Shown piece by piece: positions 38,082-51,269 of a stretch of DNA of 64,000 bases. The notes below the pieces were generated by a model. The model saw only the letters and a program-made list of their open reading frames with translations, was not told the origin of the DNA and did no database searches. Position numbers and translations under genes: made by a program. The stretch is from Penicillus capitatus (lineage: Eukaryota > Plantae > Chlorophyta), in contig OZ287701.1 in assembly GCA_965649825.1 (NCBI GenBank), positions 609,101 to 673,100 of the forward strand, in the 5' to 3' direction. The number at the start of each line of letters is the position of its first letter. Within the stretch, counting starts at the first letter, position 1.

Positions 38082-38264
38082 AATGTTCGATGATGACAAG
38101 ACAGCCAGCTTGATGCATGACGTCTTATCGCGGATCACACATAAGTGTCATTCGGTACACGAATTGCAAACAATTGTGGCACTTCCTGAGCAATAATTGT
38201 TCAATAGCGTTCAACAAGAGAGAAAGAATGAAATGTTGGCCAGGGATACTGCGTTCCTGAGGCA

Positions 38265-39871
38265 TCAGGACTTGAGCATGGTATCCACTTCCTCCGTCGT
38301 AATCTCAGAATAGAAGAGCTTCATGTCAGGGGCGATTGTCTGCGCCACTTTTGATTTCTTGAACTTGGCGTACTGGCTATCAGTAAACACTATATAGACT
38401 AGGGTTCCGTTGTCTTTTCCAGGAGCAGGTGCAAATACTGTCTGAATGCCGGTGAGGGGCACTAGGTTTATGAGCTTTGCCATTCTTGGAGGTCCTTTGC
38501 CAAAATCGACATCGTTCCACGGTATACGAGACACGTTGGACACGAAGGACACGACTGATGTCGTCGCCGGAGGCATCGTTCCTGTAAAAACAGTGTAGTA
38601 TGTTGTCAAAAATGTCTGAGCCTGGAGCTCAGGTTGCTGTCTATAATCTGTGATGCCTTTCCGCGCCATCTTGGCAAAAGCCACAAAGATGTCAGACAGA
38701 GATCTGTTTTCGATTTCCAGTTCGTGTGTGGCCAAGGATATGGTCACCGAACCGTTGCCGACATAATTCTCTGGAAAAATGCGCACTCCATTCTTGAGAC
38801 ACTCGGCGGCGAACTCAGCCGAAGTATCCGTTACATCGAGCGAGCCATCCTCACTCATCCTTCCACTCACCTCATACTTAAGCAACAGCACAAAAGCAAA
38901 GAGCAAGTCATTGATAGAGAGACATTCTCCTTCAGCGAGAAAGGGTCTCGCAATGGATTTCATTTTGTTCAGGGCCTCCTACACAGCACATTGAAGAACA
39001 GCTTGAGATCGCATTTGTGTAAGTAACCTTGCTAAAGTACAGGGCCTCCTGTACGCAGCCTTCTTCGGGATATTGATCGGAGACAATCTTTTCTTTGTTT
39101 TGACTGGCGGCGCGTGGCAGATCAGCAATCTCTTCTCCCAGAAACGTGTAATGCTTAGCCAATTGATCCGGCCACAAACAAGAGCGATCGTGATTGCGAT
39201 TCGGAACTTCTAGGCCTCTGTAAGCGCGGCCTAGATCGACCACCATTTCGATACAGCGCTGAGCGTCGAGCAAAACGTGAGAAATCGTAGTTGTCAACGA
39301 ACAGCCGTCAGCAAAGTGTATCAAGCGAAACTTCGTCATCGGAGCTTCTCCTCTGCACAACCAACTCCATGACTCTAGGAGAGAATTCCGAGTGGCCATT
39401 ACATGATCATTTTATCACGGTCGATGGTGTCCATCGTGAAAGGCATATCGGGAACTACCGGAAAATCTGCTGTCCTGCTTTGGAGTTTGCTATGTTTCGT
39501 AATCGCTGTCGATATCGACATGTCTGACTTCAGTTCCTCAAACGGAATCCAACAAGAGTCATCTTTCTCTGGGCAAATCTACGCGAAAATCTCTCTATGG
39601 CTTTGTTGGCTTTTATGAATACCTCGACCACGAAACGCAGATTTTCGTGTGGGCAGAATCTTCCGCAGAGACAAGGATATTTGCGTAAGAGTACTTTCAG
39701 CGCTGCGATGAGTCGATCGGCGTCGATGTCAGCATCAAAGAACAGTGGCCACGTGATATAGCCTCTTTGAACCATGCTGCAAAAATCGATTGGAGCCAGC
39801 AGCAACGTTTCTTTCGAAAGTCCTTCGGGCACAACCCTTTCTTCCCGCAAATATTCAAATAACTTCGTCAT
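38265..39871 (-). CDS. BAHD-family acyl-CoA acyltransferase, copy A
   Basis: LLRKYPCLCGR, HxxxD motif (HVLLD), SINDLLFAFV, and the DFGWG-like DVDFGKG. Confidence 0.85.
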
Positions 39872-40089
39872 GACAGAATACGAAACCGCTCAGAAAACGA
39901 CCAAGGCGTTTATGTTTTAACGAGCTAACTTTTCTGACACTGACAATAAATAGCCTCGAGTGCAAAGGCACGATCGTGCTGCTTGCGACATGATTCTTTT
40001 GTCTGACGTGTCGCTCATTTTAATCTGCGGCACGAGAACAAAGAAAGACATGACGGCATCCCCCAGTGTTTAAACAAATGAAGGACTTT

Positions 40090-41710
40090 TTATTTTCCTT
40101 CTATCATGGCCTCTATGTCGTCTGCCGTAAAATCAGAATAAAGGTATTTGACACCAGGTGCACACGCTTTAATGATTTTTGAGTTTCTGAAACGGGAAGC
40201 GGATCTCTCGGGTACCGAAAACTGTATGATGATCCCCTGGTCATCGCCCGGAGCATTGCTGATGACAACAAACAGACCGGTAAAGGGAATCGGAAAAGCG
40301 TGGACAATTTTGGGAGTTCCTTGACCAAAATCTACTGAAGCTATCGGCATCTTGGACACATTCGTCGTCACCACTCTCGCACTCAATGTATCCTGTGGAA
40401 TGACTCCCTCATGCACGATCATGTAGAAGGCCAGTAATGACTGCGCTGCAATCAGAGGCTGTGTCTGGAAGGCGGTGAGGGTTCTTCGCATGGTAAGTGC
40501 CAACTGGGAAAGAATTTCCAGAAAGGATTTGTCTTTGACGTCAGCTTCGCTGACAGGGAAAGAAGGAATCACGATCGCATTCCCACAGAATTCTTCAGGA
40601 ACAATCTGCACGCCGTTCCTGCGGAGTTCGATAGCGGCCGCTCCTATTGTGTCGGACACAAGCGACCAAAAAGTGTCCTCGGTGGGCTCTTCTTCCGCCA
40701 TGAGTTCGCATTTGAGCATCCACGCGAAACCAACGATCAGATCGTTAGTCGAGACAAATTCCCCCTCGGGCAACAATGGCCGAACAGCCTCTTTCATGCC
40801 ATTCAAGACGTCCTGGTACACGAGCTGCGAATCAGAATAGAGAATGCGATCCATAAACGGACCTTGGAAAAGTAGAGCGCCTCCAAGTCACACATCTCTC
40901 CCGGATAAGCATGCAAGATGACCTCCTCTTTAGGCGTAGCTGTTTTTCGTGGCATGTTGGCCACTTCTTCGCCCAGAAAGGTGTAGTGTTTCGCCAGTTG
41001 ATTTGGCCAAAAGGCAGAACGATCAAAAGAGCGTTCCGGAATGTCTTCCCCTTTATAGATGCGACTGAGATCGCGGTACATTTCGATATACCGCTGACCA
41101 TCCATCAGAAGGTGTGAAGCGGTGATGGTCACGGCACAGCCATTGGAAAAGTGTGTCAAGCGAACGCTGACGATCGGAGTCTCTCCTCTGCAGGCAACAT
41201 TCGTTGTCAGTCGTGTGCGCTTTCCTTTCGGAGAATCACTTGATCAGAGCCTCGGGATTGAAGTGCTCCATAATGAAAGACGGTTCAGGGTAGGACGGAT
41301 AATCGGCAGATGCATTCTTGATCTGACTGTGTTCCATATATGCAGTGGCAATCGTCATATCCGCTCTCAGTTCAGAGAAAGGGATGCCATAGGTGACGGT
41401 GCTGTGTGTCCCCACCTAAAGATCTCGTTTTAGAACACGCATGAATGGAATCCAAGCTTGCCTCGATGATATAGCGTGTGTCTTCGTGAGGGCGGACCCG
41501 TCCACAGAGAAACGGATATTTGACACACATCGTTCGCAGGGCTTCCACGAGGCGACTCGCATCGATGTCGTAGTCGAAGAAAAACGGCCACCTGATTTGG
41601 AGGGTGTCCATGAAGCTGTGAACATCGAGTGGAGAGAGATGGAGCGTCCGAGGCGAGAAACCGTCAGGAGTAACATACTCTTTTCGCACAATCTCAAAGG
41701 GCGTCGACAT
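40090..41710 (-). CDS. BAHD-family acyl-CoA acyltransferase, copy B (tandem paralog)
   Basis: KYPFLCGR, HLLMDG, STNDLIVGFAW, VDFGQG. Intron positions match copy A. Confidence 0.85.
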
Positions 41711-42872
41711 TGTGAAGAATCGAACGCGAAAGAAAAATGTCCCATCTCATGCTTCATGCAGTTGTCTAACCGTCTGACAAAAACACCGAACACAAAAATC
41801 ATCCTCCTTTCTATTGAATCCAAGATGTCGCCGTTGAAGAAGCGAACGGTGGCGAGAACACCTCCTCGAGAAATCAGCTGACGGGTGGGTGCTCTTGCCT
41901 AGTCATGTTCCACGGCATGCTTCGCGCTGAAGTCTTCTTGCTTTTGATGACAGTCGAAAGGTGAAAGGTTGAATCGATATGGTCGTTCATAAGATCCTCA
42001 CAATCGACAGCATTCTCACTCGAGCTTTCACATCACTGGACCCGCACTCGGTTTACCTCTTTATGCGCTGTGTATTTCAATGGTACCCCACCTGAAGGAA
42101 TCGACCATGGGCTATCTTACCTTTTCTGTCGAAAGCAAATCTCTACTTTAGCCTATGCGCGTGGGACAGTGCCATCTGACATCTCGTCCATTTGCGCAAT
42201 CGGGTGAGGGTCCGTCAAAGGGAGTGCGCGTAGGAGTAGTGACAGAGGTATGTTGTCGATATCTGACGTAAGGAATTATCGCGTTGCCACGTATTTCGAA
42301 CCTTGCGTCTGTGTGAGAAGTCTCACTCTTTTGTGTCTGGCATCCATTTTTTGAACTGCCATGGGTGAAACGGTTTGGAAGCTGACGCTGGATTCGACCG
42401 AAGGTATGAAGACGTTGACGTACTGTCGCATCAACAAACGCCCATTCGCTACACACAACGCGCTTCATTATCCGTGATTTGTTTGTCCAGTATTGTCCAC
42501 AATGAGTTTCGGCGGTGGCTTTCATTCAAGTAAGCAAGAAACCGCTGTCGCTTCTCCTTCAAAACAAACACGGTGTGTTACGTAGATAGTCAATCGACAT
42601 TCAATACGCCACAGGTACGAATACACTTTCTGCGCACATGGTGTAAGCAGTTGCAATATATAGACGGGTGGAGGGTTCGGAATGGGCAGCACTTTTGGCT
42701 CCTCGCAGGTATCAAGACGCGTAGAGAATCGCATCTTGGATCAAGTTGTGTTTGTAGGGGCCAGGGGGCTTCGGACAAACATCGACTTCTGCGTTCTTCA
42801 ATTCGACACCCGCCTCTCCAAACTCAGGAGTACGTTTGCGTCGAGAATCGGTCGGATCTGAGCTGATCGGTG

Positions 42873-45104
42873 ATGTTTTCTCAGGGGAGTGTCTTCGGTG
42901 GCAATACCACTTCTCAGCTCTTTGGCTCATTTGGACAGCAGAATAGAGGATTTGGAAGCAGTTCCGCCGTAGCGCCCTTTGGAGGCAGTGGCTCCACATT
43001 CGCAATGCAGACAGGACCAACAGGCATAGCACCAGACGGATCTCAAGGAACCCAGGGACGTGCTTTTGAACGGACTCCTGAGACATCAGATTCTGGATCG
43101 AGTGGAGCCAAAGCATACTTGATGACGATCGTGGCCATGAAAGACTTCGTTGACTGTCAGCCAGAGATGCTGAGAGCTGCCGACTATAAGAAGGGCCACA
43201 GACGCAGCAGCGGCCAAGTTCAGGCAATGGGTTCGGCATCCGTCGGCGTCTTCGGCGGAGGAGGCTTCGGTGGAAATACAACGCCATCTGGAGGCTCTTC
43301 CCCTTTTGGCGGTGGCGGATTTCGTGGCTCCACAGGGTTTGGAGTTGGCGGCTCTGCTGGAATCTTTGGACAGTCCACACCTCAGCCATCCGGCGGGATT
43401 ACACCATCTTTTGGCCAATCTGCCAGTTCCTTTGGTCAACCAGCCAGCAGTGGTGGATTTGGACCTAGTTTCGGCATGTCCAGCAGTTCTATTTTCGGAG
43501 GATCGTCTGCATTCGGGCAGCAATCAAATCCTTCTGTATTTGGATCTCAGCAGCAACCAAAGCCATCTATCTTCGGAAATCAGCCCACAGCGACCTTCGG
43601 ATCGTCAGCGTTTGCGCAGAGAGCATCAAGTGGCGGAGGCCTTTTTGGTCAGCCATCATCAACCTCTGTCTTCAGTTCATCAGCACCCGCACCGTTTGGA
43701 GGAGGGACTTTTGGCAGCAGTGGAGGCTTATTTGCCCAGTCGAGCTCTGCTGGACTGTTTGGCGTTCAAAGTTCTGGAGGATTCGGTTGCAAAGCTGCCT
43801 CGTCTGGCAGCCTCTTCGGCAGTTTCTCCTCGGGGACATCTATCTTTGGCCAACAATCATCTGGCGGTTTTTTTGGTAGACCTGGCCAGTCTACTTCTTT
43901 CGCAAGTTCTTCCTCCTTGTTTCAAATTCCGTCTCAGTCGCAACCTCTCTTCGGTCCTCAGCAGCCACAAGTGCCTGGAGGAGTCGCCTCTGGTCCAATG
44001 CCTTCTTCACAGCAGCAGCCATTTGGCCAGCGACTGGGATATTTTGTGACCAATGCGCCGAAATCTGCATCCGATGTCCAGCCAAGTGGTTTGCCTGATT
44101 GGAACAACATGTCCTCCAGTATGGCACAGATCTTGCAACAGAATCTCTCGGCGGCACAGGTGAGCTGTTATTTCTTTGCCCCCTGCTTTTTTGTCTGAGC
44201 CATCCATCTATGCAGAGCAAACCTGGCAACATGTTATCCGAATGGCCTCTCTCCGGCAAAAGGAACCTACGATACATTCCTGTCCAAGTCCATTTCCCTG
44301 AGGAAGAAACGGAGAGCACAAAAGGGACGCAGAGCAAGTTCCAGATGGACTGGACATCGTTCTCTCTGGCCAGACCTATGCATACCAGTTTGGCCGACGA
44401 GATCCAATCGGCGATTGAGGAATACGGAAGGAATGTGCCTCACTCCTCCTCGCAGGATGCCGCTTGTGAAGTCACACAGCTTCCTGCCAGCGGATCACAG
44501 GTGTTTCCAGAGGCCTCTGCTCCTCCCGAGGACAACACAAGTCAGAGTCGTGCATCACGGCTGAACCTTTTGCCAGTCTTGGAGAATTCTGAATACTATA
44601 TCCGTCCCAGTATGAACGAATTGGAGCAGTTGATCCAACAAAAGGGGGAAGATGCACTCAAAGCAGTTCCCAACGTCGAGATTGGACGCTCAGATTTCGG
44701 AGAAGTGACTTTTCTGTCGCCAGTCAATCTACAAAAGCTCGACATCAATGCGACGCTGCGGATCGAACGCGGCAAAGTCGAACCTGGTCCGAAAAGCAAC
44801 TGTTTGAAGGGTATTCCTGTCGCCGTGACGCTCTTCAAGGTGACAAGCATCCTCGATCCAGAACTTGCCCTTCTCAAGAGGGTGATGATGTGACAGGTGT
44901 TTAGCAGAGACAAAGGCATGAGAGGATTTCTGGAAGGGGAGCGCGATCTGAAGCTCGAGATCGAGAGGCTGAGAAAGTACACAACGAAATTTAATGGTGA
45001 ATTTGTGTCCTATGATCGTCACGGCACGTGGAAGTTCAAAGTAAACTTCCTCATTCCTCCCACACTCAAAGCAGTTATTCTTTCAGGTGGAGACACTGAA
45101 ATAG
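42873..45104 (+). CDS. NUP98: Nucleoporin Nup98-like (FG repeats, GLEBS-like motif, C-terminal autoproteolytic-type domain), no Nup96 part
   Basis: Dense FG repeats, GLEBS-like GTQGRAF...LMTIVAMKDFVDCQPEMLRAADY, and the APD-like YYIRPSMNEL...VEIGRSDFGEVTF...GEFVSYDRHGTWKFKV. Confidence 0.88.
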
Positions 45105-45661
45105 CGCGAATACATGAACACAACATGTATTTCACCCCCATCGCTCATGGACACCTTTAGTAGCTTGTCACAATTTATGCCTCGATCTGGAAAAATCGAC
45201 TGCGAGCAGCCGAATGCGTAATAGGCATTAGATACACGCAGACCCATTAGTCGTGCGCAACCCAACCCAAACATCATGGATCTACGAACTGCGAACCTAG
45301 GTATAAAAAGGGAAGAAAAGGTCATGTGATCTGACGCGTAACAACGATGCTTTCGCGAATCGAGATGATAATCTCATGGTGAAAGAATCTTTGAAAGGTC
45401 GTTGAGAATTCAGGACTGAGAACATACAGTCAGCATAATCCGAACGAACCACACATATCATCTATCAATCATCAGTCACGAACCAACCAAGATCACACGA
45501 TGGACTCATTGAAGTCAGGAATGGATGGATGGGTATTAGGAGGCTACCCTGCTCAGTGCTTTAACGCTCAATTCTGCCAGATTCAATCTACTTCATGGTT
45601 GCTAAGAACAAAACTCGTTGGGCTGCTTTCCAAATCTAATACTATAGGGACGGCGACGATC

Positions 45662-47052
45662 CTAGATGGCCATCATTTCTTTTAGTCTCTTGACTTTCTG
45701 CAAACACAGCCTTGATCGGAGTGACTCTATGAGATGAAGGGGCATACTTCTAGGAGGCCGTCGTCTGGTCTCTCGATGCTCCTGTAGTCTTTTACACCAC
45801 CTGGCAGATTCTTCAGATACCATGGATGGTTCATAATGCCTTCGATCGTTATTCTCTCGCTCCGTTTCAACGTGAAGATTCTCTTTAATAGGTCATGACA
45901 ATCCGTACTCAGGGTTTCTGCAGAAGGGACATGCCAATTGGCCCGCATAATGTTCTACAGAAATGAAGATCAACAGAGTGAGGGAAACTGGATCATGAGG
46001 ATCAATCACCATGAGATGTTCTTTCTTAGAGGAACTGTTTGATGGAGCAAATGGAAACGTTTGGAAAAGCATTGCGTAGAGCAGCACACCGAGACTCCAA
46101 ACATCTGTGTCCTGAGAACACACACATGATCTCAGATTCGAATCGACGCAATGATCTCACGGATTTCACCAGACAGGGATGCTGCTGGGGGTCCTCACGA
46201 GGCACGTACCCGTCGAGAATTCTGAACGTTGTCTTGTTGAGAGGAAAGCAGGTCCTCTGGCGCCAAGTATGCTAACGTCCGGATTTGACCACGAGTCTCC
46301 GTTTTCCAAAAGCCAAAGTCGATCATCTTGATGATTCCTGTGTTCGTGTCAAGAAAGATATTCTCCAACTCCAGATCCAGTCCACTCAGATTCTGGACAG
46401 CAAACAACGTGGTGTGAGAACAGAGACGTCCCATCAGAGAATGCATAACGTACCATACTATGATAGTATGCCACCGCAAAAGTAACTTGCTGGAAAAGAT
46501 GTCGTACTTGATCTTCTCTCAGCCTGTTCTTTTGCACCACGGACAATAGATTCCGTCCTGAAGGATTCTCGAAAATGATGTGTATCGATTCGGCTGATAG
46601 AAACACCTGAAAGCATTCGAGGATTTAGCAACGGATGATGACAGGGGAGCGTTTACGTCATAGAACTTCAGGACATGCGGATGATAGAGTGAACAGTGTG
46701 CCATTAAAGATTGCTTCAACCACAGAATTATCTGCAAGACACAGGTGATGTTGAGAGACGTCGTTCTAAGGGGATAGATGTCCTTACGGGTCTCTCGACC
46801 GGGAGCGAGACAATGCAGACGGTGGCATCATGGAAAGCCTTGTCTTTGGCCATAACAACGCGAAAAGGGATACTCGTTTGCAGAGTATCGATCTACACCA
46901 TGACGTTTGAGACGTTGGCAACCTCCAAGGCGGTCTGAACGGACCAAGGTAAAACGTTGTTGCTCCTGATGGCCTTGGTATTGATGAACAGTCGTCATCC
47001 TTGACTTCTTGGCCTCTCGTTTGACAATTTGCAAAACTTCGACTGTAGACAT
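45662..47052 (-). CDS. SnRK2/CAMK-like protein kinase, predicted pseudokinase; spliced
   Basis: The kinase fold is colinear with SnRK2: HCSLYHPHVLKFYD, IHIIFEN, VRHLFQQVTFAVAYYHSM, DLELENIFLD, MIDFG, TLAYLAPE, DVWSLGVLLYAML, CHDLLKRIF, HPWYLKNLP. The G-loop, VAVK lysine and HRDLK motifs are substituted. Confidence 0.8.
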
Positions 47053-47875
47053 ACACGGAAGTCAACTTCGCAACGAACGTTGGTATGCATACTCTTAAGC
47101 CAGATGCAGCTTCCCCTCTGTGCGGTCCGAAGAAACTGACCACGCAATAGACTCTTGGAAGATGTCTACTAGCGATAACGTTAAGCAACCTTAACAACCT
47201 TCGAAAAATAAACACTGCAGTTTGATAATCCGTCACGGTTCACGTCAAAAACGAAACACATATCTTTTTATACAGATAAAGAGCTAAAAGGCGGCGGCCA
47301 TGTAGCAGCTTCGACTGCGTGACCCTCTCGTGAGAGTGGTATCATATGGCGCTTGAAGATTTTCGTAAGAAAACCACAGATGCACAAATCATTACGTTAT
47401 GTTCGGACAAGACACTGGGATGCAAGAGGGTCTTCCAGCTGTCGACGAGTGCAGTTCCAAGAAGTTATGGAGAAGTGACTCAATGTCAAAAGACAAAGGT
47501 CGCACACTAGGCAGGAAATTTAACGGCAGTGTCCACAAATAGAAATGTCTTACAGAATTCGCAGTCTTCCTATAAAACCCTATTTGACATATTGAGCAGT
47601 ACGTTGCCGCGACGACGCGGGCGAGTTTCGGCGACGCTCCTTCCCGCGTGCACCGCCCTTGCGCTGACCGTTCTCTCCAGCGGGTTTCCATGTGCCTTCC
47701 CGCACGTACACGTCCCCGGTACCAATTGCTATTCTGACAGGTGTCCGTGATCCGATGGAAACGAACACTCAACTGCCGTCGTGTCAGCATTCAACCGACG
47801 TCATTCGATTTCCTTGCTTAGCGGAAACTGTTTAACAGGTGGAAACGTCACTGAACAGTGTTTCCATTTTTCAAC

Positions 47876-50059
47876 ATGCGAGCCGCCGCGGCACCGTACC
47901 ATCGTTTTCAGATCGAGAGCACAAACGGCGACGAATCGAATTCCGCCGCCGATGTGCCCATCGAGGATGCATCCATCGACGCCTCACCGACTTCTCACCC
48001 CATCGGGTTTCTCACGGAGGAACCCCCACTCGACCAACTTCTGTCGCTTTCCGCCTTTTCTTTTCACCCTGTTTCCAGAGAGACACTTCAACAGAGAATC
48101 TCGCCAACAACAAGGTTGGATATGCGTTCTATCTGTAGAGGTGTTGCGTACTGTGTATGAAGAGAGCTCGTCAGACAAGGCTTCACGATAAATGCATTGA
48201 TAAGCAAGAGTGCCAGCGACCTTATCACTGTTTTGAAGGAAATGTCCATAACAAGGCTTGGCAGTTTCCGTGCCAATGTACTCCATAAGATGGATGATAA
48301 GAACAGAATGCTAGCCTGGTGTCTTTTCAGGTCTCTGACGTCCTCGTTTCGTTTGGAAAGAAGTCAATACTCACTCGAGGCTTTCATTCGATCAACGATC
48401 CAGACTGGATATACAACTGGAAAGAAATCTTAAGCAAAAGACAACCGGCCAACAGTTCATCTGTCCTCTCAAGTCACTCAGACAATCCTCTTATGTCATA
48501 TCTCACACTTACGCTGTATCCTTTGTCTTAGGCGAAAGTGTGACATTAGGAGCATATGCTGTGAACATTAAACGCGTCACAGATCGCAAAGAAGGAGCCA
48601 CTTTGCAGATTCTCCTTCAGAGGTATGACACGCGGCGAGCTTCCAAGAAGATTTGGGAGATCCCAGTCGTATCTGCCATCATCGAATATCACTGGAGACA
48701 TTGGGCGCGATCATTCCTTGTGGGATCTTTCGGATTCTTCATGGCATGGCTCGTGAGCTACGTCACCTTTCTCATCGTTTACATCGTAACTCGCCCATAT
48801 CCAACACGGTCCATTGCTCATGGTGGGTTTGTAATAGGGCAATAATTCAGAAAGAGACAGACGGTTGAGTTTACTCTCGACAGAGACGCTTGACACGACT
48901 CTCGGCTTTCTGACGTCCATCGCCTCTTTTATCTTCATGATTCCGTTTGTTGCTGAAGTCTACCTGGCAGTGAGAAGTCAAGGATGGTCGTTTTTTGGTC
49001 TCAAGAACCTCTTAGATGTCACCGTGGTCATCCTACAGACCTGTATCTTTATCTGCCACCTCTGCAACTTCCATCTGGAATCGACGACCTTCGGCTTGAT
49101 GCTTGTTCTCCAATGCATTCTCCTGTTCACCAAAGTCCAAAACTTCGGCCAGTAAACTATCTCGTCCTTAGCAACGTCTGAACGATTGTCTTCATAGAGT
49201 GATGGGGAAAAGTGCCTACTTCTCAGAAACTTTCTTGGCCGTAATATACGATGTGCGCTATCTCCTGTTCTACATCGTGTACAGTGCATTCTCAGCCTCG
49301 CTCTGCGTGGCTATACTGTACAAGAATGACATGGTCTCCTCGTCTCATCAATAAGAAAGATATGAATGCCGTGTTTGTCTTCAGGAGTTCCGAGGACATG
49401 ACGAGTTTGGACACCACTTCGATTCGTTCAAGAGTGCCATGGTGACGACCTATCAGTCGATCTTCGGGAGTTTCGAAGTGGGCTACATTCTGGATGCCAG
49501 TCATATCTGGGTGAAGTTCATCTTCTTTGTCGCTTTCCAAATCTACATGACTGTCACTGTTTTCAATCTTCTCATTGCTGTCATGAGCAATGCGTATGCT
49601 GCTGTGGCCAAAGATTCCAACATCAGACACAACAGAGGACGTGCTGAGGTGATCGACAAACTCGATGTTCTCGGCATCCCTCGCATTCTGTCCAAAGACC
49701 TCGGACCGTATGTTCACTTTCTGGTAGTGGAGGGGGGAGTCGAGAAGTAAGGCTGCAAATTTTTTGGCATATATGCGTGAGGATGTTAAACAGGTCTTCT
49801 GTTTGGAGTGGACAATCATCAGAGTCCTTCAACGAACGACATGATCTGTTGGAACACCTCCAATCTTTGCCAGAGACGGTGACCGAATTGAGAGACGAGA
49901 TCCGTCAGATGAAAGCCGAACACGATCAAGAAGTCAAACAACTGTCCTCTAAACTTGATGTATCTCACTCTTTCCTCTGACAACTTCGTGATGCTGTCAT
50001 CACAGGTTCTGCTGAACTCGATGGCAACGAAGGATGCAAGACTTTCGGACCAGTTGTAA
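47876..50059 (+). CDS. TRP-like cation channel, copy 1; spliced
   Basis: Pre-S1 PVVSAIIEYHWRHWA, six hydrophobic segments, pore TTYQSIFGSFE, S6 FNLLIAVMSNAY, TRP-domain-like RHNRGRAEVIDKLD, and a C-terminal coiled coil. Confidence 0.82.
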
Positions 50060-51145
50060 AGAAACGAACAAGTGAACCGACGAGTATGTCGGACTGTTCT
50101 TGGAAATGATACGTCATCTTATGGATACGACTTAATGAACCCTCAACATCGATCTGTTGTGTGAATCTCCATTTAGATCCGATTAGACTCCTCTTGCGTT
50201 TTAAGAAGAATAGCTTCGCTGTCTTCTGTGCGTATCTGGTACATCCTTCGACGTCTGTTGGCATCTTCTTTCGCCGACAAACTTCGATCGTATTTGTTGG
50301 CGAATGACAGGTGTCAGTTATTGCGACGATTGACGTGACACTTGCTGCCCTAGGCGGATCTGGTTTACCTGAGGAGATCCCGTTCGCTTACGCGCGTAAT
50401 TTCTAATCTACAATCCGACCGTGACCTAGACTGTTTGAAGATCGAAGAACGTTGCACATTTTGTTTGCTTTAACACTTGAGAAGTAGCACTCGACATTGT
50501 TTCGATACTCTTTGTCTACGAATTGACGTCAAAGCTCTTCACAAGAGCATAAGAGCACAAAACCGAGAAGATTTTGGTTCTGAACGTCCAAACGTTGTCG
50601 GATTCGTCGCCTACGGTTATTCGTCTGTTGTGTCTACTATCTCGACCTTACGAGCCCTTATTTCCTACGTACGAAGTGAATTTGGAACGTGGTTTAATAG
50701 AGTGGTCAGCGCCGATTTGACGCGTTGCGGCTTATTCTGTCGATAAGGATACCAAACGTAAAATGAATCCAGCCGATGTTCTCTTGTTCCTCATTTGAAC
50801 TTAATTAACTCCATCCAGCAAAGGCATTTCTATCTTGTCGGTGCCTCGCCGCTCGAGTCGTACGGAAACGCGCGGAAAACAATTAACGGCGAAGGCAGAT
50901 AGCTTACAAACACTGTTGATCTGTAGAATCATATGGAAATCTATATGATTCTAAGGACAGCGGTCCGTGACATACCTGTAGCCCGAACTCCGCACGAGTC
51001 GCCTGTACCTGACGAAGGAGAAAACCGATGTGCGCAAAACGTACGACAAAATTGTTGTGTTTCTGCAGGAGGTTAGTATACCTACCGTCGCCGCTGAATC
51101 ACAGACAAATCATGATGACTGGGAGTGAGTTCCTGTGAAGTTCTT

Positions 51146-51158
51146 GGGAATTCCTCGT
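51146..51158. repeat. Target-site duplication, left copy (gggaattcctcgt)
   Basis: Identical 13-mer at 56264-56276; it abuts the (GT)n tail. Confidence 0.9.
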
Positions 51159-51172
51159 GTGTGTGTGTGTGT
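51157..51172 (-). repeat. (CA)8 3' tail of the LINE
   Basis: gtgtgtgtgtgtgtgt on the + strand, about 100 nt past the ORF2 stop and overlapping the TSD by 2 nt. Confidence 0.85.
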
Positions 51173-51269
51173 AATTCAGGCGATATTACAAGTGTCTAAT
51201 CTGTTTCTGCAGTGCATGTACAGAAAAGACACATTAATAATGACAAAGCAATAAGAGAAAGATAGAACG

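Noticed and set aside
42148-42525. 125-aa - strand ORF upstream of Nup98
   Set aside because: No family resemblance, and the length is compatible with chance.
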